A stretch of 62,833 nt of DNA, counting the filler, from Thermoplasmatota archaeon (GTDB lineage Archaea > Thermoplasmatota > E2 > JACPAO01 > JAHFTW01), in NCBI GenBank assembly GCA_041623215.1. It is 17 parts of 17 records of this genome, joined end to end, with 100 filler letters (N's around TTAATTAATTAA, not from the genome) between each part and the next. Parts side by side here need not be neighbours in the genome. Positions count along the whole stretch, not along the records: positions 27,939 to 31,555 come from JBFJXH010000169.1; positions 31,656 to 35,224 come from JBFJXH010000170.1; positions 35,325 to 38,793 come from JBFJXH010000171.1; positions 38,894 to 42,343 come from JBFJXH010000172.1; 13 more parts are not named here. One strand, given 5' to 3'. Made by a program: the position numbers and the translations under genes. A model generated the notes under the pieces. The model searched no databases and had not been told where the DNA came from. It saw nothing but the letters and a program-made list of their open reading frames with translations. Shown one piece after another: positions 28,959 to 39,715 of this stretch; position 1 is the first letter of the stretch; each line of letters starts with the position of its first letter.

Positions 28959-31142
28959 GTGAGCAGCACCAAGCTAGCCATTACGGGTATGACTTGCGCC
29001 AACTGCGTGCGCCATGTGGAAGAAGCACTCCAACGCGTACCCGGGGTCAACGAGGCCCGCGTCAACCTTGCCCTGGAGACCGCCACCGTCGAGCACTCCG
29101 ATGCTGTAACCACTGTGGAGCTTCGTCGTGCGGTCGAGCACGCTGGCTACGGGGTTACCGAGGATTCGACCGCGGAGGCGCACGCCGAAGCTCAGCGCCG
29201 CTTCCACCAGTTTCTGCTGGCAAGCGTATTCGCAACCCCCATCCTCCTCTACACGATGGTTTGGCTTCCCCTTGGAGGGCGCGTCGTACCCTTCGATGGC
29301 TTCATCGCCTGGGCCCTTGCGACGCCAGTACAATTCTGGGCCGCGCGCGGCTTCTATGCTGGTGCCTGGAGAGCGCTTCGAAACGGCACCGCCACAATGG
29401 ATACGTTAGTGGCCCTCGGTACCTCGGCCGCTTACGGCCTCTCCATTTGGCTCGTCCTCGCAGAAGGCGCAACGGCCCACGCCACCTACTTCGAGACAGC
29501 CGCCGTCATCGTTGCACTCGTGGGCCTTGGAAAGTGGTTTGAAGCACGGGCCAAGACCCAAGCGGCAGGTGCCGTCCGGGCGTTACTTGACTTGGCTCCG
29601 GCGACGGCCGTTCGCGCCGACGACCACCGTGAAATCCTGGTGGAGCTTGTGGCCGTGGGCGACCGCCTGCTGGTGCGCCCCGGCACCAAAGTGCCCGTGG
29701 ACGGGACAGTTGTTGATGGAGCAGCCCACGTAGACGAAAGCATGCTCACCGGTGAATCAAAGTCGGTTCGCCGCGGGCCAGGAGACCACGTCACGGGGGG
29801 CACCATTGTCGCCAGCGGCAGCTTGGTCATGGAGGCCACAGCCATCGGCGACGATACTGCGCTTGCGGCGATCGTTCGTATGGTCACGGACGCCAATTCC
29901 CGCAAAGCTCCAGCGCAGCGACTGGCAGACCGGGTGAGCGGCGTTTTCGTCCCCATCGTGGTTGCTTTGGCCATCCTGACCGGGCTGGGATGGTGGCTCG
30001 TGGGCGGAGCGACGATAGCAACTGCGGTGTTGGTGTCCGTGGCCGTTCTCGTCATTGCGTGTCCATGCGCGTTGGGCCTCGCGACGCCAACCGCCATCAT
30101 GGTGGGCACGGGACGGGGTGCGGCCAACGGCATTCTCTGGCAATCACCCGACGCACTAGATCACGCTCGTCACGTGGACACCGTCGTGCTAGACAAGACC
30201 GGCACGCTAACCGAAGGTCGCCCTACCGTTACCTGGCGAGGCGCGTCGCCGACATCCAAACTCGACCCCGACTTTGTACTTGCCTTAACTGCGGCCGTGG
30301 AGGCGCATAGCAGCCACCCACTGGCCGCGGCCCTGCGAAGCGCCGCATCCGAAGCCGGCATCAGCCCACCCGTTTGCCGCGACTTCGAGTCAAGCCAAGG
30401 CGGTGTAGCAGGCGTCGTTGACGGCGCAGCGGTCATCGTCGGCAATGCGCGTCTGCTTGGCGAAGCCGATGTGGAGCTGGATAAGCAAATGACCACATTG
30501 GCCAGCAAGCAGGAAGGCGGCGCTGGGAGCGTGGTGCACGTGGCCATTGACGGCGTGCACGAGGCAACATTCGTGATTGATGACGCCATTCGGCCGACCA
30601 GCCAAGGCGCCATTTCCCAACTCCACAAACAAGGCCTGCGGGTGGTGCTTCTAACAGGCGACCGCCCAAGTGCTGCAAAGCGCGTCGCGGCAGCTGTCGG
30701 GATCCCGCTCGACCATGTCAAGTCTGAGGTTCTTCCCGGCGACAAGGCAGCCGCCGTCCAGGCCATGCGCGCGGACGGCCATCGCGTCGCCATGGTCGGT
30801 GACGGCATCAACGATGCGCCGGCGTTAGCGGCGGCCGACCTTGGCATCGCTATGGGGACTGGCACGGATGTCGCAAAGCAAACCGGCGACGTCGTTCTCG
30901 TGGGAGGCGACCTAAGCCGCATCCCGGCAACGCTTGATTTGTCTCACCGAACGACTCGAACCATGCGCCAAAACCTGGGCTGGGCGCTCGGCTACAATGT
31001 GGTGTTAATTCCGGTCGCCATGGCGGGCCTTTTGCATCCTGCATGGGCGGCTGCGGCGATGGCGTTCTCAAGCGTCAGCGTGGTCGCCAACGCGCTTCGC
31101 CTGCGGGCGTGGACGCCGAAGGCATTAGCAAGCTCAGACTAG
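28959..31142 (+). CDS. copA: Cu(I)-translocating P1B-type ATPase
   Basis: HMA GMTCANC, YFETA, TGES, CPCALGLATP, DKTGT, HP, GDGINDAP, YN and MAFSS motifs. Confidence 0.95.
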   Translation: MSSTKLAITGMTCANCVRHVEEALQRVPGVNEARVNLALETATVEHSDAVTTVELRRAVEHAGYGVTEDSTAEAHAEAQRRFHQFLLASVFATPILLYTMVWLPLGGRVVPFDGFIAWALATPVQFWAARGFYAGAWRALRNGTATMDTLVALGTSAAYGLSIWLVLAEGATAHATYFETAAVIVALVGLGKWFEARAKTQAAGAVRALLDLAPATAVRADDHREILVELVAVGDRLLVRPGTKVPVDGTVVDGAAHVDESMLTGESKSVRRGPGDHVTGGTIVASGSLVMEATAIGDDTALAAIVRMVTDANSRKAPAQRLADRVSGVFVPIVVALAILTGLGWWLVGGATIATAVLVSVAVLVIACPCALGLATPTAIMVGTGRGAANGILWQSPDALDHARHVDTVVLDKTGTLTEGRPTVTWRGASPTSKLDPDFVLALTAAVEAHSSHPLAAALRSAASEAGISPPVCRDFESSQGGVAGVVDGAAVIVGNARLLGEADVELDKQMTTLASKQEGGAGSVVHVAIDGVHEATFVIDDAIRPTSQGAISQLHKQGLRVVLLTGDRPSAAKRVAAAVGIPLDHVKSEVLPGDKAAAVQAMRADGHRVAMVGDGINDAPALAAADLGIAMGTGTDVAKQTGDVVLVGGDLSRIPATLDLSHRTTRTMRQNLGWALGYNVVLIPVAMAGLLHPAWAAAAMAFSSVSVVANALRLRAWTPKALASSD

Positions 31143-31555
31143 GCGGCCTTCGCCAACGCCATCTGCACGGCGTCATCCAGACCTCGCTCCAAGGCGTCGG
31201 CGGGTGCCTCGCAAGCTACTGCAATCCACCCAAACAGGCGAAACACTGTGCCCTCTGGCTCTTGTAATTGAACACCTTCGCCCTTGAGGAATTCTTTCGC
31301 CTCGTCTGGCACTAAGATTTCCACGACACCATCGCGCCGAAAGCGCGCAAATTGGTGGCACCCAACAATCAGCGCTGCAACGCCGCCATCGAAGGAAACT
31401 TGCATCTCCTGGCCCGCCGCGGAGAGACTTGCCGCAGCGCGCCGCACTAGGCCCTGGTGGATTTCGCCGCCTTGATTGCGGCTCACAAACGCAGCAGCAC
31501 GGTCAAGGTCACTGCGGCGCGCCTGGTCGCCAGCCACGTTGCTCGCCAGCAACGC
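31139..31555 (-). CDS. Hypothetical protein (5' truncated)
   Basis: Open frame converging on copA; no recognised motif. Confidence 0.55.
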   Translation of the reverse strand, partial: ALLASNVAGDQARRSDLDRAAAFVSRNQGGEIHQGLVRRAAASLSAAGQEMQVSFDGGVAALIVGCHQFARFRRDGVVEILVPDEAKEFLKGEGVQLQEPEGTVFRLFGWIAVACEAPADALERGLDDAVQMALAKAA

Positions 31556-31655
31556 NNNNNNNNNNNNNNNNNNNNNNNNNNNNNNNNNNNNNNNNNNNNT
31601 TAATTAATTAANNNNNNNNNNNNNNNNNNNNNNNNNNNNNNNNNNNNNNNNNNNN

Positions 31656-31859
31656 CCGGGCGGCTTCATTCTCCTCGAGCCGATTGGCTTGACCAGTGAA
31701 ACCAACGGCGACGGGCAAGTTGCCTTCATTGGCCTCGAGCCGGGCGTGTATCGCATCAAATTCCAAAAGGAAGGGCACGAGGCGGCGCCGCTAAGCGTCA
31801 GTATTAGCGCCGGCCGATGGACCGAGGAAACGGTACTGGCACAGCGAACGTCCACGTAA
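31656..31859 (+). CDS. Carboxypeptidase-regulatory-like domain protein, 3' fragment (not in ORF track)
   Basis: Translation ..ETNGDGQVAFIGLEPGVYRIKFQKEGHE..STOP. Confidence 0.65.
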   Translation, partial: PGGFILLEPIGLTSETNGDGQVAFIGLEPGVYRIKFQKEGHEAAPLSVSISAGRWTEETVLAQRTST

Positions 31860-31988
31860 GGACTCCAGCGGAGTGCAGATGCGCTCGGCGCTTAGCGTGC
31901 AGTTCGATGCTGCCGGCCCAAGCGTTAAAAGAAGCCCCCAAGTGGGCCGCCCCGCCGCCGTGGGTCCAAGGACGCCACGCACCAAGCT

Positions 31989-32059
31989 GGGAAGGTAGCA
32001 AAGCGGCTATGCGCGGGCCTGCAGAGCCTGATACGGGGGTTCAAATCCCTCCCTTCCCT
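31989..32059 (+). tRNA. trnC: tRNA-Cys(GCA), no intron, CCA not encoded
   Basis: Acceptor GGGAAGG/CCTTCCC, discriminator T, anticodon arm CGGGC-CTGCAGA-GCCTG, T arm GGGGG-TTCAAAT-CCCTC. Confidence 0.93.
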
Positions 32060-32061
32060 CT

Positions 32062-32760
32062 ATGCCCCTCTGGCATTGCCGTGGCTACGGCTACTATCGA
32101 GGCGAGACCTGTCCCAATGGCGACAATGGCCGCTTCATGATGAAAGACCACGAGATTGACCAGGTCGGCCGCATCATGGCGGGCGTCCTACGTCACTTCC
32201 CGGACCGTTTCGGCCTGACCATGGACGGTCGCGGCTGGGTGGACCTGGAAGACTTCGTGCACGCTCTGAAGCGCAACCGCCGCAACCTCAGCCGGTGGCT
32301 GCGGCGCGACCACATCGTCGGCCTCGTTGAAACCGACGAAAAGGGACGTTACCAGATTGACGGCGGCATGATTCGCGCCACCTATGCGCACAGCGTCGAC
32401 GTCCTGCTGGACGACTTGCCGGAAGCAACGTCGGAAAAGCTGTACTTCCCGGTCAGCGAAGAGGAGTTGGACATGGTGCTCGAAACGGGCCTACGGCCCG
32501 GCGACCGCTCCATGATTCACCTCTCCGGCAGCCCGGAGAAGGCGTACTCGGCTGGCCGCGTCCACATGCCCGACCCCATCATCCTTGAGATTGATGTGCA
32601 GTCGTGCAGCAATGCGGGCAACTACATCTTCCGGGCCGGCAAATCGGTCTACGTCACCGACGCCGTTGAGCCTGAGTTCCTCGTCCGCTACGAAGACGAA
32701 GAGCACATGTCTGACCTCCGCGACAAATTCGGTTGCGGGGCGACTGACGAAGAAGAGTGA
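32062..32760 (+). CDS. kptA: RNA 2'-phosphotransferase (Tpt1/KptA)
   Basis: LRH..FGL.MD..GWV, KGRY, IRATYAHS, GLRP..R..IHLS, AGRVH. Confidence 0.93.
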   Translation: MPLWHCRGYGYYRGETCPNGDNGRFMMKDHEIDQVGRIMAGVLRHFPDRFGLTMDGRGWVDLEDFVHALKRNRRNLSRWLRRDHIVGLVETDEKGRYQIDGGMIRATYAHSVDVLLDDLPEATSEKLYFPVSEEELDMVLETGLRPGDRSMIHLSGSPEKAYSAGRVHMPDPIILEIDVQSCSNAGNYIFRAGKSVYVTDAVEPEFLVRYEDEEHMSDLRDKFGCGATDEEE

Positions 32761-32848
32761 GCGCAACGAGCGAACGTTGACGCGCCAGGCGCCAATGCCC
32801 CAGGGCCCCGCCCTGGGTGCGGGGCGACTGACGAAGAAGAGTGAGCGC
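32734..32848 (+). repeat. Perfect 31-bp direct repeat duplicating the kptA 3' end
   Basis: TGCGGGGCGACTGACGAAGAAGAGTGAGCGC at 32734-32764 and 32818-32848, separated by 53 nt. Confidence 0.9.
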
Positions 32849-32998
32849 CGCCACAACCGTCCCCTTACCCCCTTCTCCTTACACCCGCTTCACACGGTTA
32901 CCCACCCAAGCGGGCACAGTTAACGTTTTGTAGAAGCCCTAACTGCGGCGCCCCGACGACCTGCACATTGCAGGCACCATCCACTGGAGGAGACACGT

Positions 32999-34906
32999 AT
33001 GGGACGCATTATTGGCATCGACCTTGGCACCACGAACTCTGAAGCAGCCGTCATGGAAGGCGGCAAGCCCAAGATTATCCCTAGCGCCGAAGGCAACGTG
33101 TACGGCGGCAAGAACTTCCCTAGCGTTGTAGCCTTCACCAAAGACGGCGAGACCCTCATCGGCGACGCAGCCAAGCGCCAAGCGGTCACCAACCCCGAGC
33201 GCACCATCCTTCGCATCAAGCGCAAGATGGGAACCGATTACACCGTCACCATCGACGACAAATCCTACACCCCGCAAGAGGTGTCGGCGATGATTCTTCG
33301 CAAGATCAAGAGCGACGCCGAAAAGTACCTCGGCGAGGAAATCGACGGCGCTGTCATCACGGTCCCCGCCTACTTCGACGACGACCAGCGGCAAGCCACC
33401 AAGGACGCCGGCCGGATTGCCGGCCTCGAGGTCAAGCGCCTCGTCAACGAACCCACGGCAGCCGCCTTCGCCTACGGCCTGGAAAAGGGTGGTGAAGACC
33501 AGAAGATTGCCGTGTACGACCTTGGTGGCGGCACCTTCGACATCACCATCATGGAAATGGGCGACGGCGTCTTCGAAGTGCTCTCCACCAACGGTGACAC
33601 GCACTTGGGCGGCACCGACATGGACGACGCCATCATCGAGCACCTCGCAGCCACATTCCAACAGAACACCGGCATCGATGTCCGCAACGATCGCTCCGCC
33701 ATGCAGCGGCTGCGCGACGCCTCCGAGCGAGCCAAGATGGAATTGTCCGGCATGACCCAGACCACCATCAGTCAACCCTTCTTGGCCGTCAACGATGAAG
33801 GCCCCCAACACTTGGAACTGACACTCAACCGCGCCAAGCTCGAAGAACTGATTCGCCCCATTGTGGAGCGCACCCGCGGTCCCTGCGAAGGCGCCATGAA
33901 GGACGCCGGCGTATCCAAGGCCGACATTGACAAGGTCATCCTCGTCGGCGGCCCAACGCGCATCCCACTCGTGCAGGAATTCTGCAAGCAAGTCTTCGGC
34001 AAGGACCCGGTTCGCGGCGTAGACCCCATGCAATGTGTCGCCGACGGCGCCGCCGTCCAGGCCGGTGTCCTCACCGGAGAAGTTGACAAGGAAATCCTCC
34101 TGCTGGACGTGACACCACTAACGCTTGGCATCGAAACCATGGGCGGCGTTCGCACCGAGCTCGTGGCCCGCAACACCACGGTTCCGCACAAGAAGAGCCA
34201 GGTGTTCAGCACCGCCGCCGACAACCAACCGCAGGTTGAAATCCACGTCCTACAAGGCGAACGGCCCATGGCTGCCGACAACAAGTCGCTTGGCAAATTC
34301 CTCCTCGACGGCATCCCGCCCGCACCGCGTGGCATTCCACAAATCGAAGTGACCTTCGATATTGACGCCAACGGCATCCTCCACGTCACAGCAAAGGACC
34401 AAGGCACCGGCAAAGAGCAGAAGATCACCATCCAAGGCAGCAGCAAGCTGGACGACGACGAAGTGGAGCGCATGAAGCGCGACGCCGAAGAACACGCCGC
34501 CGAAGACGAACAGAAGAAGGAAGCGGTTGAGATTCGAAACGGCGCTGACCAAGCCGTCTTCCAAGCCGATGCCCTTCTGAAGGACAATGCGGACAAGCTC
34601 GGCGAGCACAAGGAAGGAGTCGAAAAGGCCCGCGACGACCTGAAGGCCTTGCTCGAAAAAGAGGATGTTACGCCGGACGAACTCAAGGCCGGCACCGAAG
34701 CTCTCAGCCAGGCCCTAGAGCCCGCCGTGATGGCCATGTACCAAGCGGCCGCCGCTGAGGCGCAAGCCGCCCAGGAAGCCGCTGGCGGCAATGGGGCCAC
34801 CGATGGTGACGCCGACGGCGGTGCCACGTGGAGTGGCAACCCCAGCGGCCCCGACTCGGACGACGATGTCGTTGACGCCGAGTTCGAAGAGAAGAAGGAC
34901 GCGTAA
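32999..34906 (+). CDS. dnaK: Chaperone DnaK (Hsp70)
   Basis: [50 protein letters not shown]-like GGAGG at 32986-32990. Confidence 0.99.
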   Translation: MGRIIGIDLGTTNSEAAVMEGGKPKIIPSAEGNVYGGKNFPSVVAFTKDGETLIGDAAKRQAVTNPERTILRIKRKMGTDYTVTIDDKSYTPQEVSAMILRKIKSDAEKYLGEEIDGAVITVPAYFDDDQRQATKDAGRIAGLEVKRLVNEPTAAAFAYGLEKGGEDQKIAVYDLGGGTFDITIMEMGDGVFEVLSTNGDTHLGGTDMDDAIIEHLAATFQQNTGIDVRNDRSAMQRLRDASERAKMELSGMTQTTISQPFLAVNDEGPQHLELTLNRAKLEELIRPIVERTRGPCEGAMKDAGVSKADIDKVILVGGPTRIPLVQEFCKQVFGKDPVRGVDPMQCVADGAAVQAGVLTGEVDKEILLLDVTPLTLGIETMGGVRTELVARNTTVPHKKSQVFSTAADNQPQVEIHVLQGERPMAADNKSLGKFLLDGIPPAPRGIPQIEVTFDIDANGILHVTAKDQGTGKEQKITIQGSSKLDDDEVERMKRDAEEHAAEDEQKKEAVEIRNGADQAVFQADALLKDNADKLGEHKEGVEKARDDLKALLEKEDVTPDELKAGTEALSQALEPAVMAMYQAAAAEAQAAQEAAGGNGATDGDADGGATWSGNPSGPDSDDDVVDAEFEEKKDA

Positions 34907-35071
34907 GGGCAAGCTGGCTCTGGCCATCTGGGAAAGGCCGACGCACCAGCGTTAGCTCCCTGACCAAGTCCACGACGACGTGGCATTGCCCTGGCCCCAA
35001 ATGCCATGCTTCGCGACGGCCGGTGCCTTGCTCGCGCTAGCCGCCAATCGAAGCGGGCAGTCATTCACCGC

Positions 35072-35224
35072 CTAGTAGTGCCGAAAGAGAATTTCGCCGT
35101 AGCCCGTGTCGCCGTTGGCGCCGTCGAGCGTTAGGCCACCCAGGGTGCTACAGTCGTGGGCGGGGCCATCGATGCCACCGTTGCGGAACGCGATGCTCAC
35201 CGAAGTGGCATCATAGATGCCACG
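35072..35224 (-). CDS. Hypothetical protein, 3' fragment
   Basis: Open frame RGIYDATSVSIAFRNGG..GYGEILFRHY* from the contig edge. Confidence 0.4.
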   Translation of the reverse strand, partial: RGIYDATSVSIAFRNGGIDGPAHDCSTLGGLTLDGANGDTGYGEILFRHY

Positions 35225-35324
35225 NNNNNNNNNNNNNNNNNNNNNNNNNNNNNNNNNNNNNNNNNNNNTTAATTAATTAANNNNNNNNNNNNNNNNNNNN
35301 NNNNNNNNNNNNNNNNNNNNNNNN

Positions 35325-36115
35325 GCCGCGGGGGGACGGCTTGGCAGGGGCTCCGCAGTCGTTGCGATTGGCTGCACCGATGCCGTTAGAACCTGCTGGC
35401 CGTCGGTGGCCATCGCCAGCGTGTGAGTGCCGTTTGCGTAGGTAATACTCCACCACGGGGCGTACCCATCGGCCGGTTGGCGGTCAGGAACGACGGGAAT
35501 CCAGAGCGGCCGCGGCAGGGGCGTTTGCATCCAAGCTGGTGGACCCAGCTCATCACCGTGGGCCACCACGGCCGTCGCTCCTGGCAGGTGCCCAAGGGCG
35601 GTCGCCTGCGTTGCCTGCAAGGCCGCGGAGACATTGATGCCAATCCGCGGGCCATAGGCGCCCGTGGCGTCCAGCCAGGTGGGTCCGTGGTGCGGCCAGG
35701 CCACGTCCGGCTCGGCGGGCCATAGATCGGTGTTGATGGCTGGCCAGCCAGGGTCCTCGGCCCAAGCAGGGTGCCGATCGATGCGCCCCTTCGCCAACAC
35801 TTCGTACTGCCCGAAGCCCTGGTCCACGCGGGTGCCAGGACCTCGAAGCGTCAGCGTTGCCGTGCCGTCCTTGTCCCTGATGCCAAGGTGCCACACAGGG
35901 GCCTTGCCGTCGTCGGCCAGGGTTGAGGATGCCCACAGGAGTGTCGTGGCTCCGACGGACTGCGCGCGTTCCCACGCCTCAAAGAGGTCCATTTGGGCCG
36001 GCATCGGCTCGCTGCCCAGGCAGCCGCTCAGGGCCAGGGTCGTCGCCACCAGGCTCGCGCAGGCCGCCGAGGTCCACCGATTCCCGGGCGTCGTGAAGTG
36101 GAGCTTGCGGGGCAC
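35325..36115 (-). CDS. Hypothetical lipoprotein (3' truncated)
   Basis: Lipobox-like LSGCL after a hydrophobic stretch; start uncertain. Confidence 0.55.
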
Positions 36116-36214
36116 ACTTGGCCCACCGCGCGTCGCCTTTTGGGGCGTAGCTTTTGGTTGGGGGCGCGCCCGACGGCGGCCTTCGCCGCCGGAGGAGAGG
36201 AAACGTGGCGCCAC

Positions 36215-37519
36215 TCAGTTGAAGTCGCGCAGGTCCCCAAGACCATCGGGGTCGGCCCATTGCAACACTTCGTGCACCAAATCGGCAAGCGGAACATCGC
36301 GTCGGTCGCCGGTGACGAGGTCCTTCAATGCCACGGCGCCGCCTTCGAGGTCGCGGTCGCCAATGAGCACCAGCGCGCGTGCGCCGATGGTATCGGCGTG
36401 CTTGGCAATGGCGCCGGGCTTGCGTCCCATGAGGTCCAGTTCGCACGCGACGCCTTTGTGTCGCAACTCGGCAGCGACGCGTACGGCCTGTTGCAAGCCG
36501 GCGTCGGACAGGCCGCCGAGGTAGAGTGCCGGTCCGGCCGCCGCTTCAACCTCGGTGCCCTCCTTGTCCAAGGCCACGAGCAGCCGGTCAAAGCCGAGAC
36601 CGAAGCCCATGGTTGGGGTTGACTGCCCGCCGAACACCTTGGCTAGGTCATAGCCGCCGCCGCCCAAGAGTTGTGATTGGGCGCCGAGTGCCGGCGAATG
36701 CGCCTCAAACACGATGCCGTTGTAATAGTCCAATCCGCGTGCGATGCCAAGGTTGAGGCGCACTGAGACCCCAAAGTCTTCCAGGTGCTGTAGGCACTGG
36801 GCAAGGAGTTTCAGGTGCTCGCCCTCGCAGAGGTTGCGTACGTCATCCAGTGTGGTGGCGTCCAAGAGGCTCACCAAGGCAGTCCCGTCGCTCCCATGGT
36901 CTGCCAAGTGCTTGTCCACACCGTCGCGATCGCCTTTGTCAATCAGCCGCATCAGTTGCCCCTGAGCCTCGGCGTCAAGGCCGAGAGCTTCGACGACATC
37001 GCGCAGCACCCCGACATGGCCCACTTGGAAGTCCACGTTTTGGAGGCCCGCTGTTCGCATCACGGCGTCTCCCAAGGCAATGAGTTCGGCGTACGCGAGG
37101 GCCGTTCCGGCGCCGATTTGTTCGCAGCCGAATTGCCAAAACTCGCGGTAGCGGCCTTCCTGGGGTCGGTCGTAGCGGAAGCAATTACCGAAGTAATACC
37201 ACTTCAGGGGTTTAGGGTCAAACTGGTGCGCTTCGTGGTACATGCGCATGACCGGTGCCGTTAGTTCAGGGCGAAGCGTCATTTGGCGGCCGCCTTTGTC
37301 CTCGAACGCGTACAATTCGGCGACAATGCCGTCGCCCGATTTGGCCGTGAATAGCTCCAACTCCTCGAACGTAGGCGTTTGAACCTCCCGGTAACCAAAG
37401 CGCGCAAACGTCGTGCGAATGAGCTCGGCCGCCATGCGGCGGCGGTGCGCCTCGACAGGAGCAAAATCGCGGGTGCCGCGGGGTCGTCGGGGCATTGGCG
37501 CTGGGAGTGGCGGCGCCAT
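36215..37519 (-). CDS. hisS: Histidyl-tRNA synthetase
   Basis: PRGTRDF, LRPELTA, FRYDRPQEGRYREFWQ, ARGLDYYNG, GGGYD, GFGLGFDRL; start 37519 or 37495. Confidence 0.97.
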   Translation of the reverse strand: MAPPLPAPMPRRPRGTRDFAPVEAHRRRMAAELIRTTFARFGYREVQTPTFEELELFTAKSGDGIVAELYAFEDKGGRQMTLRPELTAPVMRMYHEAHQFDPKPLKWYYFGNCFRYDRPQEGRYREFWQFGCEQIGAGTALAYAELIALGDAVMRTAGLQNVDFQVGHVGVLRDVVEALGLDAEAQGQLMRLIDKGDRDGVDKHLADHGSDGTALVSLLDATTLDDVRNLCEGEHLKLLAQCLQHLEDFGVSVRLNLGIARGLDYYNGIVFEAHSPALGAQSQLLGGGGYDLAKVFGGQSTPTMGFGLGFDRLLVALDKEGTEVEAAAGPALYLGGLSDAGLQQAVRVAAELRHKGVACELDLMGRKPGAIAKHADTIGARALVLIGDRDLEGGAVALKDLVTGDRRDVPLADLVHEVLQWADPDGLGDLRDFN

Positions 37520-37608
37520 GATAAGGGGGATGGGCACGCGCGGCACGAGCGCGGATTGCAGCCGTCTCGTTCCCCAACCTTCAATTCCCTGGCCGCCTGG
37601 TTCGTACC

Positions 37609-38793
37609 ATGCGCGGGTCGCCCGTCCTTGCCGTAATCGTTGCCTTGGTCCTTGCCGTGCCTCTCCCTGGGCAGGCGGACCATGCCAGCGACGACGTGGT
37701 GTTGGCGATTCTTGACACGGGGATTCGGGCCAGTCACAACGAGTTTGCGCCCGGCCAAATCCTCGCGATCAAGGACTTTACTGGCAAGGGCAATGCCAAC
37801 GACGGCCACGGCCATGGCACCGCAACGGCCAGCATCGCGGCCGGGGCGACGCTTGGCAGCGCGCCTGGAACCAAGCTGCTCATTGCCAAAGTACTCAACG
37901 ACGGTGGCAGCAGCACGAGTTCCTCGGTGGCGCGCGGGTTCCGCTGGGCCATGGATCAGGGCGCCGACATCATCAGCATGAGTCTTGGCAGTTACATTCC
38001 GACGGGACCATTGGGTGCCGGCAATAGCCTGTTCCACGAAGCACGCCAGAAGGGCATCTTGGTCATCGTCGCAGGCGGCAATGGCCTTGGCAATGCTTGT
38101 GGCCCCACGGCGACTTGGCTGCACGCCTACGGCAATAGCCAGCACGCGCTGGTGGTTGGTAGCCTACATCAAGGGGGCAATCAGAATCGTGTCTTCACGT
38201 GCAGCAACGCCGATCCGGACGTAGCTGGCCACGGCTACAACGTGCCACATGCGCGGCGTGGGGGCGACAGCCAATATGGCAGCGGAAGCGGGACCAGCTA
38301 CGCCGCGCCAAACGTGGCTGGGTACGCCGCCGCGCTCATGCAGGCCGCGCGCGATGCAGGCGTCGATGACTCCGACGACCGCATCGAACGGCTGGTGTTG
38401 GACTGTGCCCAAGACAAGGGCTGGCCCTATGCATGGCAAGGCCATGGGTTCTTTGACGCCGATGAATTTGCGCTTGCCACCCATCACGCGCTGGACGGTA
38501 CCACGACCTGCTCCTGGACTGGCATGGCCGCGCTCAAGAAGGACATGGCGCGCGCCTACCAAGCCAATGTGGTTGACCCCATCCAAAACCAAGGCGGCGG
38601 TGGCGTGGACTTTGTCTTGACGCCGGCGCCGGTAACGACGCCGCCTGGCCGGCTTGGCCCCAGTTCGCCGGTGGGTCCAGCAGAAGTGGAACTGTACGCA
38701 TTGCCGCTCCTTGCTGGCCAATCTGTCGCCTTGACGGCCACCTATGGCAGCGGTCTGCCGGGCAACGATTTCGATGTGGCCGTCTATGCTCCC
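37609..38793 (+). CDS. Secreted S8 subtilisin-like serine protease (3' truncated)
   Basis: Signal peptide; triad motifs ILDTG, HGHGT and GTSYAAP; start of a PPC-like C-terminal domain. Confidence 0.9.
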
Positions 38794-38893
38794 NNNNNNN
38801 NNNNNNNNNNNNNNNNNNNNNNNNNNNNNNNNNNNNNTTAATTAATTAANNNNNNNNNNNNNNNNNNNNNNNNNNNNNNNNNNNNNNNNNNNN

Positions 38894-39118
38894 GAAATTC
38901 TTGGTGGCAAGGTGGCCGCGCGCGTGCCGCAACTGAACCAGATTGAAGCTGGGAGCCTCCGGCCGAGCGAACGCCTCGCGAAAGCCTTGGAGCGAGAGCT
39001 CGGTATCACCCTCATGGAGAAAGTCGATGTGCCAAGCGGCGTCAGTGGGGCTCCCAAGAAGGCCTCGGGCAAGGGACTAACGATTGGCGACTTGCTGAAG
39101 GAACAATTGGATTCGTAG
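38894..39118 (+). CDS. mbf1: Archaeal multiprotein bridging factor aMBF1, C-terminal fragment
   Basis: HTH end IEAGSLRPSERLAKALERELGITL and C-terminal LTIGDL motif. Confidence 0.85.
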   Translation, partial: EILGGKVAARVPQLNQIEAGSLRPSERLAKALERELGITLMEKVDVPSGVSGAPKKASGKGLTIGDLLKEQLDS

Positions 39119-39125
39119 GTGCGAG

Positions 39126-39713
39126 TTGTCCGACCAGGCAGACCTAGATGCGGTCATCGCCGCCTTGCAGGACGGCGAGCTTGCGTGTTTCCCCACCGAG
39201 ACGTTGTGGAGTCTGTCGTGCCTGCCCGAGGCGGGCCCCGTGGCGCGTCTTCGGATGATGAAGCGCCGGCCTGTTCACGTGCCTTTGGCACTCGGTATGG
39301 GTGCGATTGACGATGTGTCGCAGCACGTGGAATTGACTGCCGTCGCCAAGCGTCTCGCCGACCGGTTCCTTCCCGGGCCGCTGAGTCTCGTGGTGCCGCG
39401 CCGTAGCGACCAGTTTCAGTGCCTAGCGCCAAGCCAAGATACGTTGAGCCTCCGGGTTCCCGATCACGCCACCGCGCGCAGCGTCCTGGCGGCAACCGGG
39501 CCGCTTGTCATGACGAGTGCCAACGAGCACGGTGCACCGGACCCCTTGTCGCGCGAAGAGCTTGCAGCGGCGGTGGGCCACCGGGTGCCGGCGGTTGGGG
39601 ACGCTGTACCTGGCATCGCATCGACGGTGGTGGATTGCACTGGCGACCGACCAATTGTCCTGCGCGAAGGGGCGGTTGTCCGCGACGAGATCTTGGCGGC
39701 GTTCCGTTCATAA
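39126..39713 (+). CDS. L-threonylcarbamoyladenylate synthase (TsaC/YrdC single-domain form)
   Basis: FPTET, KRRP, PGPLS, RVPDH, TSAN, STVVD, LREGA. Confidence 0.9.
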   Translation: MSDQADLDAVIAALQDGELACFPTETLWSLSCLPEAGPVARLRMMKRRPVHVPLALGMGAIDDVSQHVELTAVAKRLADRFLPGPLSLVVPRRSDQFQCLAPSQDTLSLRVPDHATARSVLAATGPLVMTSANEHGAPDPLSREELAAAVGHRVPAVGDAVPGIASTVVDCTGDRPIVLREGAVVRDEILAAFRS

Positions 39714-39715
39714 GG

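Noticed and set aside
12913..32059. tRNA introns or integrated elements at the two tRNA genes
   Set aside because: Both anticodon loops are uninterrupted 7-nt loops; no duplicated tRNA 3' end or integrase is visible on these contigs.
32734..32848. Mini CRISPR array
   Set aside because: Only two copies, one being kptA coding sequence; the spacer is 53 nt, the repeat has no CRISPR-like end motif, and no cas genes or leader are present.
32939..35064. Long antisense ORFs opposite dnaK (364 aa and 430 aa)
   Set aside because: Shadow frames produced by codon bias of the strongly conserved dnaK; the same applies to antisense ORFs over other GC-rich genes.
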